From Chitinophaga pinensis (GTDB lineage: Bacteria > Bacteroidota > Bacteroidia > NS11-12g > UBA955): a stretch of 64,000 nt of DNA. The notes under the pieces are model-generated. The model was not told the origin of the DNA. It did not search any database and saw only the letters and a list, made by a program, of their open reading frames with translations. How positions within the stretch are numbered: the stretch's first letter is position 1; every line of letters begins with the position of its first letter. A program made the translations under genes and the position numbers. The stretch covers positions 13,276-77,275 of the forward strand of contig CAMDAF010000009.1 in assembly GCA_945888525.1 (NCBI GenBank). The letters are read 5' to 3'. Shown in pieces: positions 40,732 to 48,431 of the stretch.

Positions 40732-42018
40732 TTGCAATCTTTCATCAGGCTTATGAACAAACGCGAATTTATTAAAACCATTGGTCTAGCAGGCGCGGGC
40801 CTGCCTTTTGCTTCGTTTGCCCAACTCAATCATTTTTTAAATTTCAATATGAGCGAAACCCACATGCAGGGCAAGGATTTTTGGCTTGAAATGCGCAAAG
40901 CCTATAGCCTAAAATCAGACTACATCAACCTCGAAAATGGGTATTACAATATTCTGCCTCAGGCTACGCTGAATGTCCAATGGCAGCAAATGCAAGCCCT
41001 TAATCTTGAAGGTTCTCATTACATGCGCACCCGTATGGCCGACGACAAACAAAATACCCGTCAAGCGCTAGCCAATTTTTTACAATGCCCCCTTGACGAA
41101 ATCATTATTACCCGCAACACAACCGAATCTTTGGATACAGTGATTTGTGGATACGATTGGAAGCCTGGCGATGAAGCTATAATGGCCGAGCAAGAGTATG
41201 GCTCAATGCTCGATATGTTTAAGCAACAAGCCAGACGCTATGGCATGCTCAATCAATACCTCAACTTGCCTCTAAACCCAGGAAGCGATGAAGAAATTGT
41301 TGAGTTTTACCAAAAAGCCATTACCCCTAAAACCCGTTTAATCCTTGTTAGCCATATGGTTAATATCACTGGACAAATATTGCCCATTCGGAAAATCTGT
41401 GATATGGCCCATGCCCATGGGGTAAAGGTTTTGGTGGACGGTGCCCATGCCATAGCCCACCTCGATTTTAAAATCAGCGATTTGAATTGCGACTATTACG
41501 GCGCAAGTTTGCACAAATGGTTGGCCGTTCCTCTAGGCGCTGGACTCTTATTCGTTAAAAAAGAGAACATCAAAGCGCTATGGCCTCTTTTTGGAGAAGC
41601 CGGATACAGCGATACCGATATTCGCAAACTCAACCACACAGGAACTTACCCCATTCATTCAGAATTGAGCATTCCAGCAGCCATTCAATTCCATCAAGCC
41701 ATTGGCAGCAAGCGCAAAGAAGAACGATTGCGTTTTTTGCAACGCTATTGGTCAGACCAGGTCCGCGGATACAAGAACATCATTCTGAATACCCCTGCGG
41801 CTATTGAACGCTCTTGTGGTATTGCCAATGTTGGCGTTCTGGGTTATCAGCCGGCTGAATTGGCTAAATATTTAATGGAAACTTGGAAGATTTGGACCGT
41901 GGCTATAGACAATGTCGGTGTGCATGGTTGCCGCATAACACCCAATGTATTTACGAGCACCGACGAATTGGATGTTTTGGTAAAAGCCTTGAAAGCGGCC
42001 GCAGAGGCCAAAGGCTAA
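40732..42018 (+). CDS. aminotransferase class V-fold PLP-dependent enzyme with Tat-like signal (likely start 40753, MNKREFIKTIGLAGAGLPFASFAQ)
   Basis: Tat-like n-region KREFIK (a KR variant), then an h-region and AxA-like cleavage site. SLHKW holds the PLP-lysine motif. Fold type I pattern ...VSHMVNITG.... Confidence 0.7.
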   Translation: MQSFIRLMNKREFIKTIGLAGAGLPFASFAQLNHFLNFNMSETHMQGKDFWLEMRKAYSLKSDYINLENGYYNILPQATLNVQWQQMQALNLEGSHYMRTRMADDKQNTRQALANFLQCPLDEIIITRNTTESLDTVICGYDWKPGDEAIMAEQEYGSMLDMFKQQARRYGMLNQYLNLPLNPGSDEEIVEFYQKAITPKTRLILVSHMVNITGQILPIRKICDMAHAHGVKVLVDGAHAIAHLDFKISDLNCDYYGASLHKWLAVPLGAGLLFVKKENIKALWPLFGEAGYSDTDIRKLNHTGTYPIHSELSIPAAIQFHQAIGSKRKEERLRFLQRYWSDQVRGYKNIILNTPAAIERSCGIANVGVLGYQPAELAKYLMETWKIWTVAIDNVGVHGCRITPNVFTSTDELDVLVKALKAAAEAKG

Positions 42019-42022
42019 AATC

Positions 42023-43675
42023 ATGATATTGTTTGCTTTTCAGACCTATCGCGCTTATTTTTGTAGCACTATGCGCAAAGCCCTATCAATTTTGTTTTTA
42101 AGTTTTTGTATAAATACTCTGTTTGCGCAGGAGGTGTTTTATCCTGTGGAGTCATGGCAATACTCGCAGGCCTACCGCAACAATTTTACAGCTTGGCGCC
42201 CTGTGAAATCAGATGGGCAATTGAACCGATTTGCCCGCACTCTTTACCTTATTGAAAGGGACACCGATAGAATAATTGAGATAATAGACGAGCAGCAATT
42301 CGTCGATAGGCCTTTGTTTAAATATTTTTATAAAATGCAGGATGCTTTTTACAAGGTGCAGGAACCTGGAAAGTATGCTTTGATTGTCAATCCTGTTTTT
42401 CAATTTTCCTCGGGCCGCAGCGATACCGCTATGGTATACCGAAATACCCGTGGGGGAGAGATTTTAGGCAATGTAGGCGGATTAGAACGCGGCATTGGTT
42501 TTTATTCTTATTTTACTGAAAACCAGGAGCAATACCCCATTCAATACCGTCCATTAACCGATTCTTTGAACTTTGTGCCCAATGAATTTGTCTATAAAAC
42601 ATTTAAGAAGAAAGGCGCAGTCGATTACTTTCAAGCCCGCGGCTACGTGACCTTCAGTGCGGCTAATAATTTGGTTAAATTTCAATTTGGCCACGACAAA
42701 CACAAAATAGGCAGTGGCTACCGTTCGCTCATTTTAAGCGATTACGCCCCTCAATTTTTGTTTTTTAAAATCAATACCGATTTAGGGAAGTTCCACTATC
42801 AAAACTTATTCACCCAGTTTACAGACAACGGCCCCTTTCTCGGCGGTAGCTCCTTTACAAAGAAATATGCAGCCTTTCACCGCTTAAGTTTTGATGTTAC
42901 CAAGAATATCAACATTGGCGTCAACGAAATGGTGGTGTTCGACCGCATGGACAGTACCCAGGCCAACCAATTTGATTTTAATTACCTAAACCCAGTAATA
43001 TTTTACCGTTCCATCGAACACAATTTGGGCAGCCCCGACAACAGTTTGATGGCAGTCGATTTTTCATGGAAAATTAGAAGCCGCTACGTTGTTTATGGCC
43101 AATTTTTACTCGATGAATTCAATTTAAAATTCTTAAAAACAGAACCAAATTGGTGGGCCAATAAATACGGTTACCAATTAGGCGCCCGTGCCATCAACGC
43201 CTTCAAAATAAAAAACCTCGACCTTTTGGCCGAATACAACCACGTGCGACCTTATACCTACAGCCACAGACGTTCAACCCAAAGCTATTCGCATTTCAAC
43301 CAAGCCTTGGCCCATCCATTGGGTGCTAATTTTAGTGAAGCAATACTTGAAGTGAAATACAGCTTGGGAAAAAAATGGCATTTGCAAAGCAGTCTTATTT
43401 TTGCGCGCACGGGCAGAGATAGCTTCTTAAATGGGCGGAATTATGGAGGCAATATTTTGCGATCCTATGATAGCCGTGCAACAGAATTTAATTCGGTAAT
43501 GTATATGGGCAAACGCAGCGATTTGTTTTTGTACGATCTAAGCATTAGCTACATGCCACGTTACAATTGGTTTATTGACGCACGTGTCAATTACCGCCAA
43601 TTTGCAGGAAATAGCAATCTGTTTTTTAGTCTTGGTTTGCGCATAAATGCCAATTTGCGCAAATTCGATTACTAA
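42023..43675 (+). CDS. hypothetical outer-membrane (beta-barrel-like) protein; likely start 42071 (MRKALSILFLSFCINTLFAQ)
   Basis: Signal peptide. Beta-rich sequence. C-terminus ...LGLRINANLRKFDY. 4-nt spacing after the PLP enzyme gene. Confidence 0.4.
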   Translation: MILFAFQTYRAYFCSTMRKALSILFLSFCINTLFAQEVFYPVESWQYSQAYRNNFTAWRPVKSDGQLNRFARTLYLIERDTDRIIEIIDEQQFVDRPLFKYFYKMQDAFYKVQEPGKYALIVNPVFQFSSGRSDTAMVYRNTRGGEILGNVGGLERGIGFYSYFTENQEQYPIQYRPLTDSLNFVPNEFVYKTFKKKGAVDYFQARGYVTFSAANNLVKFQFGHDKHKIGSGYRSLILSDYAPQFLFFKINTDLGKFHYQNLFTQFTDNGPFLGGSSFTKKYAAFHRLSFDVTKNINIGVNEMVVFDRMDSTQANQFDFNYLNPVIFYRSIEHNLGSPDNSLMAVDFSWKIRSRYVVYGQFLLDEFNLKFLKTEPNWWANKYGYQLGARAINAFKIKNLDLLAEYNHVRPYTYSHRRSTQSYSHFNQALAHPLGANFSEAILEVKYSLGKKWHLQSSLIFARTGRDSFLNGRNYGGNILRSYDSRATEFNSVMYMGKRSDLFLYDLSISYMPRYNWFIDARVNYRQFAGNSNLFFSLGLRINANLRKFDY

Positions 43676-43718
43676 GGCTTGAGCCTACCTAAACCTTAAA
43701 TTCCTTATCTTTGCAGCC

Positions 43719-44549
43719 ATGTTACAGATTGGTAAATACCATACACTTGAGATTCTTAGACACGTTTCACCAGGCTTGTTTTTAGGAGATGGCGACGAAA
43801 ATGAAGTGTTGTTGCCAAACAAATACATGCCTGCGCATTACGAAATAGGCGACAAAATTACCGTTTTTGTTTACCTCGATTTTGATGAAAGGGAAGTGGC
43901 TACCACCATTAAACCGCCAATTACTTTAAATGGTTTTGCCATGTTAAAAGTGAAGGATGCCAACAGTGTTGGAGCCTTTTTAGATTGGGGACTTGAAAAA
44001 GACTTGTTCGTTCCTTTCAAAGAACAAATGAGCAAAATGCGTGTAGGTGCCTACTACTTGGTGCATTTGTACGAAGATGTAGAAACTGGTCGTTTGGTGG
44101 CATCACAAAAAGTTAGAAAGTTTTTAGACAACCGCGAATTGGACATTGAAGAAGGAGCGGAGGTAGATATTATAGTAGCCAACGATTCTGAATTGGGCGT
44201 TAACGTTATTGTCAACCAAAAATATGCAGGTTTAATTTACCACGACGAAGTATTCCAAGAACTGCGCAGTGGCGACCAATTGAAGGGTTACTTGAAAAAG
44301 ATCAGAGAAAACAACAAATTGGACATCTCCTTGCAAGCCAGCGGCTACCAGCACGTAGAGCCCAACGCCAACAAAATCCTAGAAGAAATGCGCAAGCACA
44401 ATGGCTATTTGGCCTTGCACGATGGCAGCGATCCCCAAGACATTTACCAACAAATAGGGATGAGCAAAAAGACCTTCAAAAAAGCCATCGGTTTGCTTTA
44501 TAAGCAAAAGTTAATTGTGATGGAAGAGGCGGGGATTAGGTTAATTTAG
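43719..44549 (+). CDS. cvfB: CvfB/YitL family S1-like RNA-binding protein
   Basis: 276 aa. N-terminal IGKYHTLEILRHVSPGLFLGDGDE...LLPNKY..., tandem S1-like segments and a C-terminal winged-helix-like tail. Confidence 0.6.
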   Translation: MLQIGKYHTLEILRHVSPGLFLGDGDENEVLLPNKYMPAHYEIGDKITVFVYLDFDEREVATTIKPPITLNGFAMLKVKDANSVGAFLDWGLEKDLFVPFKEQMSKMRVGAYYLVHLYEDVETGRLVASQKVRKFLDNRELDIEEGAEVDIIVANDSELGVNVIVNQKYAGLIYHDEVFQELRSGDQLKGYLKKIRENNKLDISLQASGYQHVEPNANKILEEMRKHNGYLALHDGSDPQDIYQQIGMSKKTFKKAIGLLYKQKLIVMEEAGIRLI

Positions 44550-44563
44550 GGGCTAGGGTCTGG
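44539..44563. repeat. G-tract cluster (G-quadruplex-type motif) overlapping the cvfB stop codon
   Basis: GGGGctaGGGtctGGGGtttaGGGGctag has four G3-4 runs with 3-4 nt loops. Such runs are rare in this AT-rich genome. Confidence 0.5.
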
Positions 44564-44853
44564 GGTTTAGGGGCTAGTTTTTAGGTAATTTTTTGGCGCC
44601 TATCCGTGCCCTTTGTCTTCGCTTCGCTGCGGCTTTGTGGCCGAAGCGCCACAAGAGCTCCACGTCGGTCATCTGGGCGCGCATTTCGTTAAAACAATCC
44701 AAATCCTAGTATTGCTGAGTAACTCAAATTGGACCAAAGACCATCTTTTATTATGATAGTATAATTTTCTTATTTGCAAATAATCATAAACATGTGCCAC
44801 ATCATCGAACTGTTGGCGTTGTTGGCGGGGACTCCAACAACATGTATATCATT

Positions 44854-44883
44854 AAAAAAGAGGACCAAAGGTCCTCCTTTTTT
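44854..44883. terminator. bidirectional rho-independent terminator
   Basis: AAAAAAGAGGACC-aaa-GGTCCTCCTTTTTT is a perfect palindrome flanked by an A6 run and a T6 run. It serves the convergent cvfB (+) and AIM24-M48 (-) transcripts. Confidence 0.6.
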
Positions 44884-44965
44884 AAAAGTCAAATTTTCTT
44901 AAAACCACGAAACAAAGAAGCATTACCTATTGCCTCGCTCAGCTCCCTTGCTCTTGCGTCTCCGC

Positions 44966-45637
44966 CTAATTGTTCTTCGACGGCCTGAACGGTCTCAAGA
45001 AACTCAAAAGCGGATAGATTTTTCTGGTTTGTATCCACACCTTGCCTTCACCACTGAAGCGGCAAACAAATCCCTCGCCACTAAAGAATAAAGATTTGTA
45101 ACCCCCAACTTTTGAAACGCGGTAATCGAGTCCTTCTGTAAACGCTACAATGTGCCCAGTGTCTACAACATAAGCATCTTTAACGTCAATGGCCATGATG
45201 CCTCCGTAGCTGTTAAACCATAAGTCGCCTGTGCCAGAAACTTTGATTAAAAACAAGTTCTCGCCTGAGAAAAAACCTTTGGTAAGTCCTTGCCATTTGG
45301 TTTCAATTTTTAGGGCTGGATCAGCAGCTACAAAAGCGCTGTTTTGCAAGTAAATGGTTTGGTTGTCTAGGTATACATGGTCCATGTCGCCGGGCGCAGA
45401 TGGTGCAATAGTCATTTCACCACTTCCATTTTGTGCAGTAAATTCGTTGATAAACAAAGATTCTCCGGTAATAAAACGGCCTAAGCCTCCTTTGAATTTT
45501 GTCTTCATTTGAATATTGGTATCCATAGTAGCCATAGCTGAGGCTTCTACTTTAAGTGTTTCACCAGCCGGAATTCTAACGGTTAGAAAACTATAGTCTG
45601 GTTTATGATCGATGTTGTGTTTGAATTTTTCTTCCAT
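44966..45637 (-). CDS. AIM24/TIGR00266 (DUF124) family protein, paralog 3 of 3
   Basis: 223 aa. Family pattern ...GESLF.NEF....G.G.......PG.......L.......Y....G.F.A.......E......G....F.SG..LF......G.G.......YG.I.......G.Y.VDTGH.VAF...L.......K..... Roughly 35-45% identical to its two neighbours. Confidence 0.7.
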   Translation of the reverse strand: MEEKFKHNIDHKPDYSFLTVRIPAGETLKVEASAMATMDTNIQMKTKFKGGLGRFITGESLFINEFTAQNGSGEMTIAPSAPGDMDHVYLDNQTIYLQNSAFVAADPALKIETKWQGLTKGFFSGENLFLIKVSGTGDLWFNSYGGIMAIDVKDAYVVDTGHIVAFTEGLDYRVSKVGGYKSLFFSGEGFVCRFSGEGKVWIQTRKIYPLLSFLRPFRPSKNN

Positions 45638-45648
45638 AATTGTGTTGA

Positions 45649-46326
45649 TTAACGGGGTTTTAAACTAGGACCTAAAGACGAGCCAAAACTTTTAGGATTA
45701 TGCGATTGGCACCACACGGTTCCTTTCCCTTTGAAGCGGCATACAAAACCTTCTCCTCCAAGGAACGACGATAACCACGACTCGCCAACTTTGCTGATAT
45801 TGAATTTTAAACTTGGCTCAAATGCCACAATGTGTCCGGTGTCTACAATGTATTCGCCATCTACTTCAATTGGATAAATCATGCCATAGCTGTTGACAAT
45901 GACTTTGCCGGTGCCATTTAAGTTTAACCAAAACAAGCTCTCGCCAGAAAACAGCGATTTCATACCCTGCCAGTTAAAGTCTATTTCTATGCCTGGTTCT
46001 GAGGCTAAGTAAGAACCTGCTTGTACGATTAAAGATTCGTTGTCCAAGGTTTTGGCAATCATGTCGCCTTGCATTGCTGGTGCTAAATAAACCTCACCAC
46101 CATTGGCACTTGCTGTGTAGTGGTTGATAAAGAAATTCTCTCCACTCAACATGCGTTTTAATCCTTTCATAATGCCTCCGCCATTTTTTTTGTGCGTGGT
46201 GGTTTGCATGTCGATATCATTGCTCATGGCAATCATTGCACCGCCTTCAGCGGTTATTTGTTCGTTAGGACCCAACTGTACTTTCGCTACAGAACTACCT
46301 GGTCTCATTTGTATGTCAATTTCCAT
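45649..46326 (-). CDS. AIM24/TIGR00266 (DUF124) family protein, paralog 2 of 3
   Basis: 225 aa, same conserved pattern (…GENFFINHYTA…VDTGHIVAFEPSL…GEGFVCRFKGKG…). 11 nt downstream of paralog 1 and 11 nt upstream of paralog 3. Confidence 0.7.
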   Translation of the reverse strand: MEIDIQMRPGSSVAKVQLGPNEQITAEGGAMIAMSNDIDMQTTTHKKNGGGIMKGLKRMLSGENFFINHYTASANGGEVYLAPAMQGDMIAKTLDNESLIVQAGSYLASEPGIEIDFNWQGMKSLFSGESLFWLNLNGTGKVIVNSYGMIYPIEVDGEYIVDTGHIVAFEPSLKFNISKVGESWLSSFLGGEGFVCRFKGKGTVWCQSHNPKSFGSSLGPSLKPR

Positions 46327-46336
46327 GTACTTTGTA

Positions 46337-46999
46337 TTAAATGTTTCTGTTTACCCATTTTGCCAAGCCAGAAAAACTTCTGGTTTGTATAATTATTTTT
46401 CCTTGTCCTTTGATGCGCATCACAAAACCTTCGCCGCTGGTAATACTCGAAATGATGTTGCCAGACAATTGGGTTTTGATGTTAAAGCCTTGCGGATACG
46501 CCACCAAGTGGTCGGTATCGACAATCAGTTCGCCGTTCACTTCTTTTTCCATAAGTCCACCATAGGCACCAATTAAGAACTTTCCGTTTCCTGACATTGA
46601 CAATCTGAACAAGCCTTCGCCACCAATCCATGAATTGATGCCGGCCCATTCTAAGCCCATTCTAACGCTAGGTTCGCAGCAAATAAACGAACCGCCTTGA
46701 AGGTAAAATTTCTCTCCATCTTTAACTTCCATTAAACGCACATCGCCCGGAAAGGCTTGGGTAATGGTCAGTCTAAGTCTGCTGGATGTGTTGTTGCTAA
46801 ACTCGTTAATGAATAGCGATTCTCCACCTAAAAATTTGCGGATTAAACCTTTGAATAGTCCCCCGTTGAGGCGAGGCTTCATGTCGATTTCGGAGTTCAT
46901 GCTTGCCATGGCATCCGATTCGGTGATAATTTTGTCGCCGGGCTCCAGATCCACATGCATGAATCCGAATGCTGGGGCGCCTTGAATTGTAAATTCCAT
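46337..46999 (-). CDS. AIM24/TIGR00266 (DUF124) family protein, paralog 1 of 3
   Basis: 220 aa (…GESLFINEFSN…VDTDHLVAYPQGF…GEGFVMRIKGQG…). 15 nt downstream of the M48 gene. Confidence 0.7.
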   Translation of the reverse strand: MEFTIQGAPAFGFMHVDLEPGDKIITESDAMASMNSEIDMKPRLNGGLFKGLIRKFLGGESLFINEFSNNTSSRLRLTITQAFPGDVRLMEVKDGEKFYLQGGSFICCEPSVRMGLEWAGINSWIGGEGLFRLSMSGNGKFLIGAYGGLMEKEVNGELIVDTDHLVAYPQGFNIKTQLSGNIISSITSGEGFVMRIKGQGKIIIQTRSFSGLAKWVNRNI

Positions 47000-47014
47000 A
47001 AAGTGATACTGTTG

Positions 47015-48115
47015 TTATTTTTTAAAGTAAGCGCTCACATTGTTTTTAAATTCTGTAAAATTCAATGGTATTGCTTGGGTTTTCAAACCCTTTTTTTGTT
47101 TCTTTTTTAAACGCGCTATGCGTTCGCCGGTGGCAGGGTGGGTGCTTATAAAATCGGCCATACCCAAGTCGGGTCCTTCCTTGCTCATGGTTTCGAAAAA
47201 CTTCACCATGCCATTGGTGCTGATATGGGCTTTTTCCAACAACATAAATCCGTTGTCGTCGGCCTCACGTTCAAAGTCGCGGCTGTATTTTAAAGAACCC
47301 AAGGTAGCACCCGCTGTTGCTATTTCACCCGAGATGCCAGCAATATCGCCTAATAGAGCACGGATCACCATAAAGATGCCCATATTGCCAATAATACCTC
47401 GCAAGTGGTGGCGACGGCTCACATGTGATATTTCGTGAGCCAAAACACCCGCAACTTCTTCTGCGCTCTTGGCTTTTTCTATCAACCCAGAGTGTATCAC
47501 CACAGCACCACCTGGCAAAGCAAAGGCATTCAGGCTTTCGTCTTTTATGATGGTAAAACTAAATTTAAAGGCGGTATCATCTAGGGCTTTTATAAGGGGC
47601 TTGGTTATGGCATCCAATTGGGCCATAATTAGTGAATCTTTTAAAACGGTTTTGTCGGCAATTGCCGCTTTGCGCATGCTTTCTGAAATAGCGGTTTCTT
47701 GAGAAGGAGGAACCAAATTGGCGATGTGTTCAACAATGGCACCACGGAATGCAAACAAACTGCCGATGCCTATTACAAACAAAGCAATGATAATGGCAAT
47801 AATGCTGTAATTGCTGCGGCTTTTCATTTTCAGTTTGCCCAAAACCTTTTTCAATTCTGGGTCAAAACGGATTTCGTCGGCATTCAAAATGCTGCGGTCG
47901 TCGGTATAAAAGGTAAGCCCAGGACATTGGGGATGGGTAAAGAAAACAAAACGGTTTCCTGCCCCACCAATGCGCATCTCAACCCCATTAAGCGGCATTT
48001 TATGCACCTTGTTATTGAGGTCGGTAAAACTTAAGCCACCAAAATTAGTCTCCAATATCCCAGCACTGCGGCCGTTGTCAAAACCCTCCGATAAAGCAAT
48101 TGCGTTGTAATGCAT
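47015..48115 (-). CDS. M48 family zinc metallopeptidase with unusual ~105-aa N-terminal cytoplasmic domain and single TM helix
   Basis: HEXXH (LAHEISHVSRRHH) followed by the EREADDNGF third-ligand region. TM IIAIIIALFVIGIGSLFAF. First gene of the four-gene minus-strand operon. Confidence 0.8.
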   Translation of the reverse strand: MHYNAIALSEGFDNGRSAGILETNFGGLSFTDLNNKVHKMPLNGVEMRIGGAGNRFVFFTHPQCPGLTFYTDDRSILNADEIRFDPELKKVLGKLKMKSRSNYSIIAIIIALFVIGIGSLFAFRGAIVEHIANLVPPSQETAISESMRKAAIADKTVLKDSLIMAQLDAITKPLIKALDDTAFKFSFTIIKDESLNAFALPGGAVVIHSGLIEKAKSAEEVAGVLAHEISHVSRRHHLRGIIGNMGIFMVIRALLGDIAGISGEIATAGATLGSLKYSRDFEREADDNGFMLLEKAHISTNGMVKFFETMSKEGPDLGMADFISTHPATGERIARLKKKQKKGLKTQAIPLNFTEFKNNVSAYFKK

Positions 48116-48184
48116 GTTGTGGATTCAAAAATAGGAATTTATTGCAGTTTAAAAATGGTGTTAAGGTTAAATGTTGGTAAAATT

Positions 48185-48243
48185 AGGGGTTAGGGTACCC
48201 ACTTTCGTTTCACTCCAGCGGGCAAAGTAGGGGATAGGGTCTA
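48185..48243. repeat. G-tract / telomere-like repeat cluster upstream of the M48 operon
   Basis: ttaGGGGttaGGGtaccc...agcGGGcaaagtaGGGGataGGGtctag shares TAGGGTCT(A/G)G with the element at 44539-44563 in the same orientation. Confidence 0.4.
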
Positions 48244-48431
48244 GTTTTATTTTGGAGCAGCTTGTAAATCTCGAAATCTCTATATTTCTCCATTTCTCCA
48301 TCCCGCAGCGTGACGCAGCATAGCGAAGTCTCTGCTACTGGGATCATTCCCCACATTCCCCTTGCTCGTCTCAACGAATACCTATATTTTTGAACGAAGT
48401 CGTTTTTTAACCGAAGAACTTCCTCAACTAC

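Noticed and set aside
44596-44700. Possible tRNA or other structured RNA gene in the GC-rich island
   Set aside because: No T-loop (GTTCRANYC) or anticodon-arm geometry and no cloverleaf. Kept only as a GC-rich structured element of unknown nature. A 37-codon minus-strand ORF here (MRAQMTDVELLWRFGHKAAAKRRQRARIGAKKLPKN) is probably a GC-composition artefact.
44794-44988. 64-aa plus-strand ORF (MPHHRTVGVVGGDSNNMYIIKKEDQRSSFF...)
   Set aside because: It reads straight through the perfect palindromic terminator at 44854-44883 and overlaps the 3' end of the AIM24 gene on the other strand. Almost certainly non-coding.
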